Shown here one piece after another: positions 10,588 to 20,026 of a stretch of 64,000 bases of DNA. The position numbers were made by a program, and so were the translations under genes. The number at the start of each line of letters is the position of its first letter. The stretch's first letter is position 1. The stretch is taken from the NCBI GenBank assembly GCA_016869235.1, contig VGER01000005.1:575-64574 (forward strand). Reading direction: 5' to 3'. Source of the stretch: Alphaproteobacteria bacterium. GTDB taxonomy: Bacteria; Pseudomonadota; Alphaproteobacteria; UBA2966; CAIVPW01. The notes beneath the pieces are model-generated. The model saw only the letters and a list, made by a program, of their open reading frames with translations. It did not search any database and was not told the origin of the DNA.

Positions 10588-12135
10588 GTGAGCCTGCTCA
10601 AGACCAGCGCCACCATCGGCGCCTTCACGTTCCTAAGCCGCCTCACCGGCTTCGCGCGCGACATGCTCATCGCCGCAATCCTCGGCGCCGGCATGGTGTC
10701 CGACGCATTCTTCGTCGCCTTCAAGCTGCCGAGCTTGTTCCGCCGCCTGTTCGCCGAAGGCGCATTCTCCTCCGCGTTTGTGCCGATCTTCACCGGCCTG
10801 TTGCAGCGCGAGGGGCGAGACGCGGCGCGCACGTTCGCCGAGCAGGCGCTCGCGGCGCTGACGCTCGTGCTGCTGGCGCTGCTCGCCGTGTTCGAGATCT
10901 TTATGCCGTGGCTGATGCTGGGCCTGGCGCCCGGCTTCATCTCCGATCCGCCCAAGTTCGATCTGGCGGTGGAGCTGACCCGCATCACCTTCCCCTACCT
11001 CTTGTTCATCAGCCTCGTGTCGCTCATGGGCGGCGTGCTCAACAGCCTCGGCCGCTTCGCGGCGCAGGCGGCGGCGCCGATCGTGTTGAACGTGGTGTTG
11101 ATCGGCGCGCTGCTCATCTTCCGCGATGCTCTCGACTCGAACGGCCACGCGTTGGCGTGGGGCGTGTTCGCCGCCGGCGTGCTGCAGCTTGCCGGCATGA
11201 CTGTCGCCTGCTGGCGCGCCGGCATGCGGTTGCGGGTGCGCGTGCCGCGGCTCACCGCCCCGGTGCGCGAACTCGGGCGTCTGCTGGTGCCGGGCGTGGT
11301 CGGCTCCGGCGCCGCGCAGGTGAACATCGCCGTGGACATCATCATCGCCTCGCTGCTGCCCACCGGCGCCGTCTCCTACCTCTTCTATGCCGACCGTCTC
11401 GTGCAGCTGCCGCTTGGCGTCGTCGGCGTCGCGGTCGGCACGGCGCTCTTGCCGCTGCTCGCGCGCCAGCTCGGTGCCGGCGACGAATCGGCCGCGCAGA
11501 ACAGCCTCAACCGCGCCATCGAGTTGGTCCTGTTGCTGTGCGTTCCGGCGGCCGTCGCACTCATGGTGTGTGCGCAGCCGTTCATCGAAGTGCTGTTCGA
11601 GCGCGGCGAGTTCACGCCGGCGGCTACGCGCGCGACCGCGGCGGCGGTCGTCGCCTTCGCCGGCGGCCTTCCCGCCTACGTGCTCATCAAGGCGCTGTCG
11701 CCGCCGTTCTTCGCCCGCAAGGACACGCGCACCCCGGTGAAGGTCGCGGTGTTCACCCTGGCGCTCAACATCGTACTCAACCTCGCCCTGATGGTGCCGT
11801 TGCGCCACGTCGGCCTGGCGCTGGCGACGGCCCTTTCGGCGTGGGTGAACGCCGGCGTGCTGGCGTTCCTGCTGCGCCGGCGCGGGCAGCTCGTGTTCGA
11901 CGCGCGGCTGCAACGCGCCGTCGTGCGCAGCCTGCTCGCCGTCGCGGTCATGGGTGCCGCCCTGTGGGGCGCCATCCGCTATGCGCCACCCGCGGTGTTC
12001 GACGGGGACGGCTGGTCGCAGTGGCTGGGCGTCGGCGTGCTGGTGGCGCTCGGTCTCGGCACCTACGCCCTCGGCCTGCAGCTCCTGGGGGTCGCGACGC
12101 TCGCCGACCTGCGCCGCTTCGGGCGCGGGCGTTGA
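10588..12135 (+). CDS. murJ: Lipid II flippase MurJ (MviN)
   Basis: SRLTGFARD, FRRLFAEGAF and YLFYADRLVQLPLG; polytopic membrane protein. Confidence 0.97.
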   Translation: MSLLKTSATIGAFTFLSRLTGFARDMLIAAILGAGMVSDAFFVAFKLPSLFRRLFAEGAFSSAFVPIFTGLLQREGRDAARTFAEQALAALTLVLLALLAVFEIFMPWLMLGLAPGFISDPPKFDLAVELTRITFPYLLFISLVSLMGGVLNSLGRFAAQAAAPIVLNVVLIGALLIFRDALDSNGHALAWGVFAAGVLQLAGMTVACWRAGMRLRVRVPRLTAPVRELGRLLVPGVVGSGAAQVNIAVDIIIASLLPTGAVSYLFYADRLVQLPLGVVGVAVGTALLPLLARQLGAGDESAAQNSLNRAIELVLLLCVPAAVALMVCAQPFIEVLFERGEFTPAATRATAAAVVAFAGGLPAYVLIKALSPPFFARKDTRTPVKVAVFTLALNIVLNLALMVPLRHVGLALATALSAWVNAGVLAFLLRRRGQLVFDARLQRAVVRSLLAVAVMGAALWGAIRYAPPAVFDGDGWSQWLGVGVLVALGLGTYALGLQLLGVATLADLRRFGRGR

Positions 12136-12168
12136 CCCTGAACTAGGGCCGCGCGATAAGCACGCGCC

Positions 12169-13179
12169 ATGCCAAAACCCACCAAGCGCATCCTTTCGGG
12201 CGTCCAGCCCACCGGCAACCTGCACCTCGGCAACTATCTCGGTGCGTTGCGCAACTGGGTGCGCCTGCAGGCCGAGTACGAGTGCTTCTATTGCCTCGTC
12301 GACCTGCACGCCATCACCGTGCAACAGGACGCGGCCGCGTTGCGGGCCAGCACCCGCGACGGCGCCGCCATGCTGCTCGCCATGGGAGTCGATCCGAGCA
12401 AGTCGGTGCTGTTCGTGCAGTCGAATGTGCCGGCGCACGCCGAGTTGGGGTGGATCTTCAACTGTGTCGCGCGTATCGGCTGGCTGAACCGCATGACGCA
12501 GTTCAAGGAGAAGGCCGGCAAGAAAAAGGAGAACGCCACCGTCGGTCTCTATGTCTATCCGACGCTGATGGCGGCCGACATTCTGGTATATCTCGCCACG
12601 CACGTGCCGGTCGGCGATGACCAGCGTCAGCACCTCGAGCTGTGCCGCGACATCGCCCAGTCGTTCAACTCGCAGTGCGGCGTCGAGTACTTCCCCTTAC
12701 CCGAGGCGCTTATCCTCGGCGAAGCGACGCGCGTGATGAGCCTGCGCGACGGACAGAAGAAGATGTCCAAGTCGGACGAGTCCGACTACACGCGTATCAA
12801 CATGTCGGATTCGCCCGACCTGATTGCCCAGAAGATCCGCAAGGCGCGCACCGATCCCGAGCCGCTGCCCGGGGACCCGAAGGGTCTCGAGAGCCGGCCC
12901 GAGGCGAAGAACCTCGTCGGCATCTTCGCGGCGCTCGCCGACCGCGCGCCGGCCGACGTTCTCAAGGACTACGGTGGCGCCCAGTTCTCCAAGTTCAAGG
13001 AGGACCTCGCCGAGCTCGCCATCGCCAAGGTCGGCCCCATCACTACCGAGATGCGACGGCTGCAGGGCGATCCCGGACATGTCGAGCGCGTGCTCCACGA
13101 GGGCGCCGAGCGCGCCCGCGCCGTCGCCGATCCGATCGTGCGCGACGTGAAGGAGATCGTCGGTTTCTTGCGCGCCTAA
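12169..13179 (+). CDS. trpS: Tryptophan--tRNA ligase
   Basis: [14 protein letters not shown] (HIGH-like), [10 protein letters not shown] and KMSKS. Confidence 0.98.
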   Translation: MPKPTKRILSGVQPTGNLHLGNYLGALRNWVRLQAEYECFYCLVDLHAITVQQDAAALRASTRDGAAMLLAMGVDPSKSVLFVQSNVPAHAELGWIFNCVARIGWLNRMTQFKEKAGKKKENATVGLYVYPTLMAADILVYLATHVPVGDDQRQHLELCRDIAQSFNSQCGVEYFPLPEALILGEATRVMSLRDGQKKMSKSDESDYTRINMSDSPDLIAQKIRKARTDPEPLPGDPKGLESRPEAKNLVGIFAALADRAPADVLKDYGGAQFSKFKEDLAELAIAKVGPITTEMRRLQGDPGHVERVLHEGAERARAVADPIVRDVKEIVGFLRA

Positions 13180-13721
13180 CGCAGCGCAGCGAACTCCTCC
13201 GCGAGGATTGCGTACAGCACCGAGTCGCGCCACTCGCCGCGCACCAGCTTGTCGCCACGCAGGATTCCTTCGCGGCGCATGCCGAGACGCTCCATCACCC
13301 TCCACGATCGCTCGTTGTGAACATCGGCGGTGGCGAAGATGCGGTGCACGCCGAGAGTGCCGAATCCGAAGGCGAGCACCGTGCGCATGCCCTCGGTCGC
13401 AATGCCCTTGCCCCACCAATCGGGGTCGAGGCCGTAGCCGAGGCTGGCGCTGTGCCTGGCCTTGCCGCGCACGGTGATGCTGAGCGCACCGATCATCGGC
13501 CCGCCCTCGTGCCGCTCGACGGCAAACGTCCAGGTTCCTTCGGCATCGGGCATGCCACCCGCTACGCGGTCCCCAACGTACTTGTCGGAAGTCTCCACCG
13601 TCAGCGGCTCCAGCGGCAGGTAACGCCAGAACACCTCGCGGGTGGCATAAGCCGCCACCGACGGCGCGTCGGAGGTGCGGAACGGCCGCAACAGTAGCCT
13701 TTCCGTCGTCAGGGTCGCCAT
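13176..13721 (-). CDS. GNAT N-acetyltransferase, RimJ/RimL family
   Basis: [26 protein letters not shown] and [17 protein letters not shown]. The ATG at 13721 is preferred over the long ORF call. Confidence 0.9.
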   Translation of the reverse strand: MATLTTERLLLRPFRTSDAPSVAAYATREVFWRYLPLEPLTVETSDKYVGDRVAGGMPDAEGTWTFAVERHEGGPMIGALSITVRGKARHSASLGYGLDPDWWGKGIATEGMRTVLAFGFGTLGVHRIFATADVHNERSWRVMERLGMRREGILRGDKLVRGEWRDSVLYAILAEEFAALR

Positions 13722-13792
13722 GGACGGATTGTAGACGCCTGCTTGATCGCCGCCGTTGGGTCCCCATCTAGTGGGAAAGGAGGGGGGAGGAC

Positions 13793-14855
13793 ATGGCCGA
13801 GACCTCGGAAAACCCGCGCCGCATCCCGTTCTGGGGCCGCGTGCGCCTTCCCTTCCGCCGCGCCGCCGCGGCTCATTCCCGACACGCCCATCAATCTGAA
13901 GCCGCTGCACCTCGCCGACGCCAACGTGCGCGCGACGGTCGGAACGTTGCGCGTGCCGATGTTCGAGTTCAAGGATGCGGCGGCGCGCGCGGCGCTCGCC
14001 AACGGCGTCGCCGACCTCGAGGTCAGCAAGGCAAGCCTCGCCGGCGGCGCGTTCAATTTCACCCTGCACGTCGACGACTCTGGTCCCAAGCCGACCCTGA
14101 ACGGCAAGATCGCCGGCAGCGACTTCCCGATCGGCTTCATTCGTGCGCGGCAACCTCGGCAACAACATCGAGGGCCTCGTTGCCATCGACGCGCAACTGG
14201 CGGGCGCCGGCCGCTCGCCGGCCGAGATCGCTGCCTCGCTCGACGGCCACGTCCAGCTGCTGATGGGCGAGGTGCGCGCCAACGTTCGCGGGCTCGAAGC
14301 CATGATCGGCGGCATCGGCACCGCGCTCGGCACCCTTTTCAACGCGGGTGGCGACGACTGGAGCGTGGTGAACTGCTCGGCGTTGCGCTTCGCGGTGAGG
14401 GACGGCATCGCCAACGGCGAGGTCATCCTGTTCGACTCGCGCTTCGCCACGGTGGGGGGCGAGGGCACCGTGGACCTCGGCACCGAGCGTCTCGACCTTC
14501 TCATCACGCCGAAGTCGAAGGCCGCCGTGACCCTCAACATCTCGGCGCCGGTGCGCATCCAGGGCACCTTTCTCAATCCAAGCTTCACGCCCGACACGCT
14601 ATCGGTGGCGCGGCGCATCCTCGGCGTCGCCGGCATCTTCGTCTTCCCGCCGGCAGCGCTGGCGGGCCTCGTTTCGCTGGGCGCCACCGGCAACGCCTGC
14701 ATCGACCTCACCCGCGCCGACGCCGGCGGGACACGCCCCGCGGCGAACGCGCCGGCGGCGCCGGCAAACGCACCGGAGCAGCCGCGGCGCCCGCACCGAT
14801 CGGGCGGGCGCTGGAGAACCTCGACCAGGGCCTTCGCAACCTGTTCGGCCGCTAG
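13793..14855 (+). pseudogene. AsmA-like C-terminal region protein, interrupted by about 3 frameshifts (about 13860, 14148 and 14785)
   Basis: GGAGG SD precedes ATG 13793. AsmA-type segments (RLIPDTPINL; VVNC..RFAVRDGIA; GEGTVDLGTERLDL; PVRIQGTFLNPSF) are spread over three frames, ending GLRNLFGR*. Confidence 0.7.
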
Positions 14856-14886
14856 ACCGACAGAAACCGGCGCCTCCTGCGTTGGG

Positions 14887-15014
14887 TTATCCACAGGCCA
14901 AGCTTGGCCTGTGCAGGAAATCCACAGTGCTTCAAGGGCAACTCCGGCAAAAATTTCTTGGCCGTCAGGCGGGGACCGATGGACACCCGCCCCGGCGGTT
15001 TCCTATTAACCACA
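14887..15014. promoter_or_regulatory. Cluster of DnaA-box-like sites with a 22-bp perfect palindrome
   Basis: TTATCCACA at 14887-14895 (perfect), AAATCCACA at 14918-14926 and TTAACCACA at 15006-15014; palindrome CACAGGCCAAGCTTGGCCTGTG at 14892-14913. Confidence 0.55.
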
Positions 15015-15083
15015 AAGCCTAGCTCACGATGAGATGGCGCCCCTTTGGGCAAAGGGGCTCATCGCGCAGCCAAGGGAGGATCG

Positions 15084-16103
15084 GTGCGGGTTTGCGCGAG
15101 GAAAACCGGCGGCGCAGCGACTCTACGCGCCAACGGCGGCCCCGCCCGCGGAGTATGCGGGGCCGGAAACGGTAATGGGCACTCTGGTGCCGCCAGGCGG
15201 GCCGTCGCGCTCAGCCTCCTGCTAGCCCTGGCCTCGCCGAACGTATCGGCTTCGCCCGGCGCCGAGCTTGAGGGTGGCGAAAGCGTGGGCGTGTTCTACC
15301 AGGTGCCTATGCGCGAACTCGTCATCGGCATCGCCGATGTCGCCGACCTGTCGCACCGGTTCGTCCAGCTTGGCTATCACCTCGACCACGTGCGCTACGG
15401 CGCCGGCGAGGTGCCGCGCATCCTGCTCGCCAACCTTCCCGGCGATCTCACCGAGATCAAGACGGTGGAAGTGCGCAAGGTCCTGTTCATCCAGGCGATC
15501 CTGCCGCTCATCCTGCGCGCCAACGAGCAGATCGCCGCCGATCGCGAGCGGCTGCGCGGCATCCTGGCGCGTCGCGGCACCTGGAGCGAGCAGGACGCTG
15601 CATGGGTGGCGACGCTCGCGGCGCGCTACATGGTCGATCCTTCCGCCACCGGCGAGCTCTTGCGCCGCGTGGACGTCATTCCGACGTCGCTCGCCATCGC
15701 GCAGGCCGCCGAGGAATCGGGTTGGGGCACCTCGCGCTTCGCCATCGCGGGCAACGCGGTGTTCGGCCAGTGGACCTATGATCCCGAAAAGGGCCTGGTG
15801 CCGATCGCCCGCGAGGAGGGGCGCACCCACCTCGTTCGCTCGTATGACGGGCTGCTCGGCTCGGTCGCCGGGTATGCGCTCAATCTGAATACCCACGACG
15901 CCTACAACGCCTTCCGCAACCGGCGCCAAATGATGCGGACCGAGGTCGGCGCGCTCGACGCCACGCTCCTCGCCAGCACCCTGATCTACTACTCCGAAGG
16001 CCGTCGCGATTACACCAAGCGCATCCGCGACATCATGGATATCAACGACCTAACCGCCTTCGACGACGCCCGCCTGAGCCGCGAGCTACGCAGCTTCTAC
16101 TGA
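15084..16103 (+). CDS. Glucosaminidase domain protein (GH73, Bax-like)
   Basis: IPTSLAIAQAAEESGWGTSRFA..GNAVFGQW, NLNTHDAY and YSE; GGGAGG precedes GTG 15084 (start uncertain). Confidence 0.88.
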   Translation: MRVCARKTGGAATLRANGGPARGVCGAGNGNGHSGAARRAVALSLLLALASPNVSASPGAELEGGESVGVFYQVPMRELVIGIADVADLSHRFVQLGYHLDHVRYGAGEVPRILLANLPGDLTEIKTVEVRKVLFIQAILPLILRANEQIAADRERLRGILARRGTWSEQDAAWVATLAARYMVDPSATGELLRRVDVIPTSLAIAQAAEESGWGTSRFAIAGNAVFGQWTYDPEKGLVPIAREEGRTHLVRSYDGLLGSVAGYALNLNTHDAYNAFRNRRQMMRTEVGALDATLLASTLIYYSEGRRDYTKRIRDIMDINDLTAFDDARLSRELRSFY

Positions 16104-16137
16104 GATCTTTGCGGCCAGGGCGCTGGCCGCAAGTGGG

Positions 16138-17220
16138 TCAGCGGGTCGGGACCGTGAACTGCGTGCCGAACCAGCGCCAGCGGTCGCCGTCGCCGCGCAC
16201 GGTGCAGTTGAAGCGCGCACGGCCGGGTGGGAACGGCGTTTCCGCCCGCACCTCGATGCGCCGGCCCAGCCGCTCCATGCGGGCCGGCTGCGACTCGTGC
16301 GAGGCGAAACAGTTGATCTGTTCGATGTTGCGCACGCCGTCCACCACCGTGAAACCGAACGCCGGCGGATTGTTGGTCCGCGTCAGCACCGGATCGTCCG
16401 GAGTGACGTCGCGTGCTCCCAGCGGCTGGGCATTGGCGGCGAGCACGAAGCGCGCCTGGGCACCGAAGGTTTCGTTGAGCGAGAAGCGCGGCTGATAGAA
16501 GAGGTCGAGACCGGACTCCGCCACGCCGGAATGCTGGCCGAACGCGGCGATATAGCCCGCACGTTTCACGGCATCCTTGGCTTGCAGGCTCATTTCGCCG
16601 AACGGGTAGGAGAACAGCGTCGGCACCTGGCCGAGCTCTTGTTGGAAGCGGCGATTGGATTTCTCGATTTCGACCCGCAGCTCTTCCTGCGTCATGTCCG
16701 GCATGTGACCGTGCGAAGCGGTGTGGGCGCCGACGGTCACCCCCGCACGCGCCATTTCGCGCACTTGGTCCCAGCTCAAATAGCCACGCGTTCGATTGTC
16801 GATATAGTCCGTCGACAGGAAGATGGTGAATGGCAGCCCTGCCGCTCGCAGACGCGGGAACGCCTCGGTGTAGGTGGTCGCGTAGCCGTCATCGATGCTG
16901 ATGGCCACGGTTCGCTCCGGCAGCGGGCGGCCGGTGAGCAGGGCTTCGGCGATCTCTCCCAACGGCAAGACGTTGTAGGCGCCGCTCTTCAATTCGGCGA
17001 TGTGGGCTTCGAACTGCTCCAGGCGGATATTGGTTGCCGGAACGGCGTTCTCGCCAAAGCGGTGATAGTTGAAGATAACCGCACCCGTCAGAGGCGCGGC
17101 GGCCGGTGCTCCTTGGGCAAGCCCCGGCTCCGGGCGGGGAAACCCCAGGGCGCACATCGCGGCCAGCGCCACCGCAAGGCGCGGGCGGCGCCCCAGGGCG
17201 ATAAGGCTGAGGTTTCGCAT
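16138..17220 (-). CDS. Polysaccharide deacetylase (NodB/CE4 family), exported
   Basis: FNYHRFG, ISIDDGY, GAHTASH and FSYPFGE; N-terminal signal peptide. Confidence 0.9.
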   Translation of the reverse strand: MRNLSLIALGRRPRLAVALAAMCALGFPRPEPGLAQGAPAAAPLTGAVIFNYHRFGENAVPATNIRLEQFEAHIAELKSGAYNVLPLGEIAEALLTGRPLPERTVAISIDDGYATTYTEAFPRLRAAGLPFTIFLSTDYIDNRTRGYLSWDQVREMARAGVTVGAHTASHGHMPDMTQEELRVEIEKSNRRFQQELGQVPTLFSYPFGEMSLQAKDAVKRAGYIAAFGQHSGVAESGLDLFYQPRFSLNETFGAQARFVLAANAQPLGARDVTPDDPVLTRTNNPPAFGFTVVDGVRNIEQINCFASHESQPARMERLGRRIEVRAETPFPPGRARFNCTVRGDGDRWRWFGTQFTVPTR

Positions 17221-17300
17221 ATGCGCGGCAGAATACACCACTCGCGCGGGCCGGGCCGGATGGCTCCGGCGAACGCATGCGGCCACACGAAGTATCGCCA

Positions 17301-17981
17301 ATGAACGTTCTCGCGGTGGAAATGGCGCAAGCGGCCTGCTCGGTGGCGATCCGCTGCGACGGCCGCTTGGCGGCGCAGCGGCGCCTCGATACTGGCCGCA
17401 CCCAGGCGGAGGCACTGTTGCCGATGATCGGCGAAGCACTGGCGTCGGCGCGTGTCGGATATGGCGACCTGAACCTGCTTGCCGCGGCGGTTGGGCCCGG
17501 CCTGTTTACCGGCGTGCGGGGCGGTTTGGCCGCAGTGCGCGCCTTTCGCCTGGTGCTGAAGGTGCCCGCACTCGGCGTCGGCACGTTGCACGCAGTGGCG
17601 GCGCATGCGGTCGAGCAGGGGGTGGCGCGGGAAGACGAGTCGATCTTCGTCGTCAACGACGCACGCAACGACGAAGTGTACGCACAGTGGTTCTCGCTGG
17701 CGGCGCAACCGCTCGGCGCCGCCGGCCTGTTGAGCGTGGACGAAGCAGCGGCGATGGCGCCGCGCGGCGCGGTTGTGCTCGGCACCGCGGCAAGCCTCCT
17801 CGCCGCGCGGGCCGGGCCGGGATTGCGCGTGGAAGAAGGCTACGGCGAAGCCGACGCCGCAATCGTCGCTGCGCTCGCCGAGGCGGCGGCGCGCGCGCCC
17901 GGATTTCACGATCCGGGTCCGCCACGGCCACTCTATGTGCGCAAGCCGCACGCGCGCACCCTGGACGAGTCCAAGCGCTAA
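17301..17981 (+). CDS. tsaB: tRNA threonylcarbamoyladenosine biosynthesis protein TsaB
   Basis: ACSVA, AEALLPMI, GPGLFTGVR, DARNDEVY and PRPLYVR; typical position upstream of mucR-fur-miaB. Confidence 0.85.
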   Translation: MNVLAVEMAQAACSVAIRCDGRLAAQRRLDTGRTQAEALLPMIGEALASARVGYGDLNLLAAAVGPGLFTGVRGGLAAVRAFRLVLKVPALGVGTLHAVAAHAVEQGVAREDESIFVVNDARNDEVYAQWFSLAAQPLGAAGLLSVDEAAAMAPRGAVVLGTAASLLAARAGPGLRVEEGYGEADAAIVAALAEAAARAPGFHDPGPPRPLYVRKPHARTLDESKR

Positions 17982-18131
17982 ATTGCGACCTCGACAGTAT
18001 TTAATGGAATTTTCTCGGCCAATTGGTGAAATGAAAGTAGACGGCAAGGTTGTTCTAGGTTGCCGCCACCGGAAGGCGTCAATATATACGAAGCAGCCGG
18101 CAGCCTTTGGGTTCCGCAATATATGTCCATA

Positions 18132-18551
18132 ATGTCCGAGAAATCCGAAAACAGCAGCGACCTTCTCGCCTTCACCACGGACATCGTGTCTTCATACGTC
18201 GCCAACAACACGGTCGCGGTGCAGGACTTGCCGCAGCTCATCCAGCAGGCGTACGCGGCGCTGGCCGGAGTGGGCAATGCGCTAGCGGCCAAGGAGCGTC
18301 CGACGCCAGCCGTGTCGGTCAAGCGCTCTATCACGCCCGACCACATCGTCTGTCTCGAAGACGGAAAGAAGCTGAAGATGCTCAAGCGGCATCTGAAGAC
18401 GCGCTGCAACCTCACGCCCGACGAATACCGCAAGCGCTGGGGTTTGCCGGCCAATTATCCGATGGTCGCTCCCAACTACGCCGCGCAGCGCAGTGACCTG
18501 GCCAAGAAGATTGGCCTCGGCACCACGCGCCGGCGCAAGCGCGTCAAGTGA
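18132..18551 (+). CDS. mucR: Ros/MucR family transcriptional regulator
   Basis: TTDIVSSYVANN, PAVSVKRSITPDHIVCLEDGKKLKMLKRHL and YPMVAPNYA; AT-rich upstream region. Confidence 0.95.
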   Translation: MSEKSENSSDLLAFTTDIVSSYVANNTVAVQDLPQLIQQAYAALAGVGNALAAKERPTPAVSVKRSITPDHIVCLEDGKKLKMLKRHLKTRCNLTPDEYRKRWGLPANYPMVAPNYAAQRSDLAKKIGLGTTRRRKRVK

Positions 18552-19036
18552 TAGCCCGGAACGGGACGGCTGCCGTGGCAACGGGCGCCAAAGCCTCGGG
18601 ACTAGCGATTAAGCCGGACGCTCGCCGCATCGAGGAGCTGTGCAGCGAGCGCGGCATTCGCATGACCGAGCAGCGGCGCATCATCGCGCGCGTGCTGTCC
18701 GAGTCCGGCGATCATCCGGACGTCGAGGAGCTGCACCGGCGCTTGAGCGCCGTGGATCCCAAGATCAGCATCGCCACGGTATATCGCACCGTGCGCCTGT
18801 TCGGCGACGCCGGCATCCTTTCCCGCCATGACTTCGGCGACGGCCGTGCCCGCTACGAGATGGCGCCCGAGGAGCATCACGATCACCTCATCGATCTGCG
18901 CACGGGCAAGGTGATCGAGTTCCAGGACGAGCGCATCGAGAAGCTGCAGCGCGAGGTCGCCGAGCGCCTGGGCTTCCGCCTCGTCGATCACCGCCTCGAG
19001 CTCTACGGCGTGCCGCTCGAGGACAAGAAGGACTGA
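18548..19036 (+). CDS. fur: Fur/Mur family metal-responsive regulator
   Basis: RMTEQRR, DHPDVEEL, ISIATVYRTVRLF and HHDHLID. Confidence 0.9.
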   Translation: MIARNGTAAVATGAKASGLAIKPDARRIEELCSERGIRMTEQRRIIARVLSESGDHPDVEELHRRLSAVDPKISIATVYRTVRLFGDAGILSRHDFGDGRARYEMAPEEHHDHLIDLRTGKVIEFQDERIEKLQREVAERLGFRLVDHRLELYGVPLEDKKD

Positions 19037-19060
19037 CGCTCCGGCTCGTCGGCCTCCGCC

Positions 19061-19903
19061 ATGCTCACCATTTTGCGCGCTTGGCGCTTGGTCTTCCTGC
19101 TCGCGGTGACGCTGCTGCTGGCGCCGTTCCAGCTCGCCTCGGTGTCGCTGGGGCTCGAGTTGCAGCGCCGCATTCCCGTCTTCTATCACCGCCTTGTGGC
19201 GCGCACGCTGCGCATCCGCGTCGACGTCTACGGCACGCCGTCGAAGGAGCGCCCGATGCTGTTCATCGCCAACCATTCGTCGTGGCTCGACATCGTCATC
19301 TACAGCGGACTTGCGCCGGTGTCCTTTGTCGCCAAGAGCGAGATCGCCAAGTGGCCGGGCTTCTCCATCCTGGCCAAGCTGCAGCGCTCGGTATTCGTCG
19401 AGCGCCGCCGCGGCAAGACCAAGGCAGGCGTCAACGACATCCAGACGCGCCTGCGCGCCGGCGACAACCTCGTGCTGTTCGCCGAGGGCACCAGCGGCGA
19501 TGGCAACTCGGTGGCGCCGTTCAAGTCGGCGATGTTCTCCGCCGCCGAGATCGACTTGGGCAATGGCCGCGTGCCGCTCGTGCAACCGGTTGCGCTCGCC
19601 TACACTCACCTGGACGGCTTCCCGCTCGGCCCGCGCGCGCGCCATCGCCTCACCTGGTACGGCAAGGTGTCGCTGCCCTCGCATCTTTGGCGGGTGCTCG
19701 GCCAGGGACACGCGCGTGTCGCGGTCGACTTCGGTCCGGTGGTGCGGGCAACCGACTTTTCGTCGCGCAAGGAGCTGGCGCAGTTCTGCTACCGCGAGGT
19801 TTCCGAGCGGCATGGCCGCGCCATCAGCGGCCGTGCGCCGGCGCCCGCCGCTGCTGGGGCTCGCGCTGCTACGCCGCAGGCGGCCGTTCCGCCCCCGGCT
19901 TGA
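19061..19903 (+). CDS. Lysophospholipid acyltransferase (PlsC/OlsA-like)
   Basis: NHSSWLD (HxxxxD), FVAKSEI and LFAEGTS. Confidence 0.9.
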   Translation: MLTILRAWRLVFLLAVTLLLAPFQLASVSLGLELQRRIPVFYHRLVARTLRIRVDVYGTPSKERPMLFIANHSSWLDIVIYSGLAPVSFVAKSEIAKWPGFSILAKLQRSVFVERRRGKTKAGVNDIQTRLRAGDNLVLFAEGTSGDGNSVAPFKSAMFSAAEIDLGNGRVPLVQPVALAYTHLDGFPLGPRARHRLTWYGKVSLPSHLWRVLGQGHARVAVDFGPVVRATDFSSRKELAQFCYREVSERHGRAISGRAPAPAAAGARAATPQAAVPPPA

Positions 19904-20026
19904 CGGCAACCCTTGGAGTGCTAACGTTCCGGCATCCAACGACGCGCGCGGCCCGTGCGGGGGTTAAGAGCCCCCGACCAGCGACCCGCGTCCTTTGGTC
20001 CGCGTCCCAGCCGGAGCCGGTTCCGT

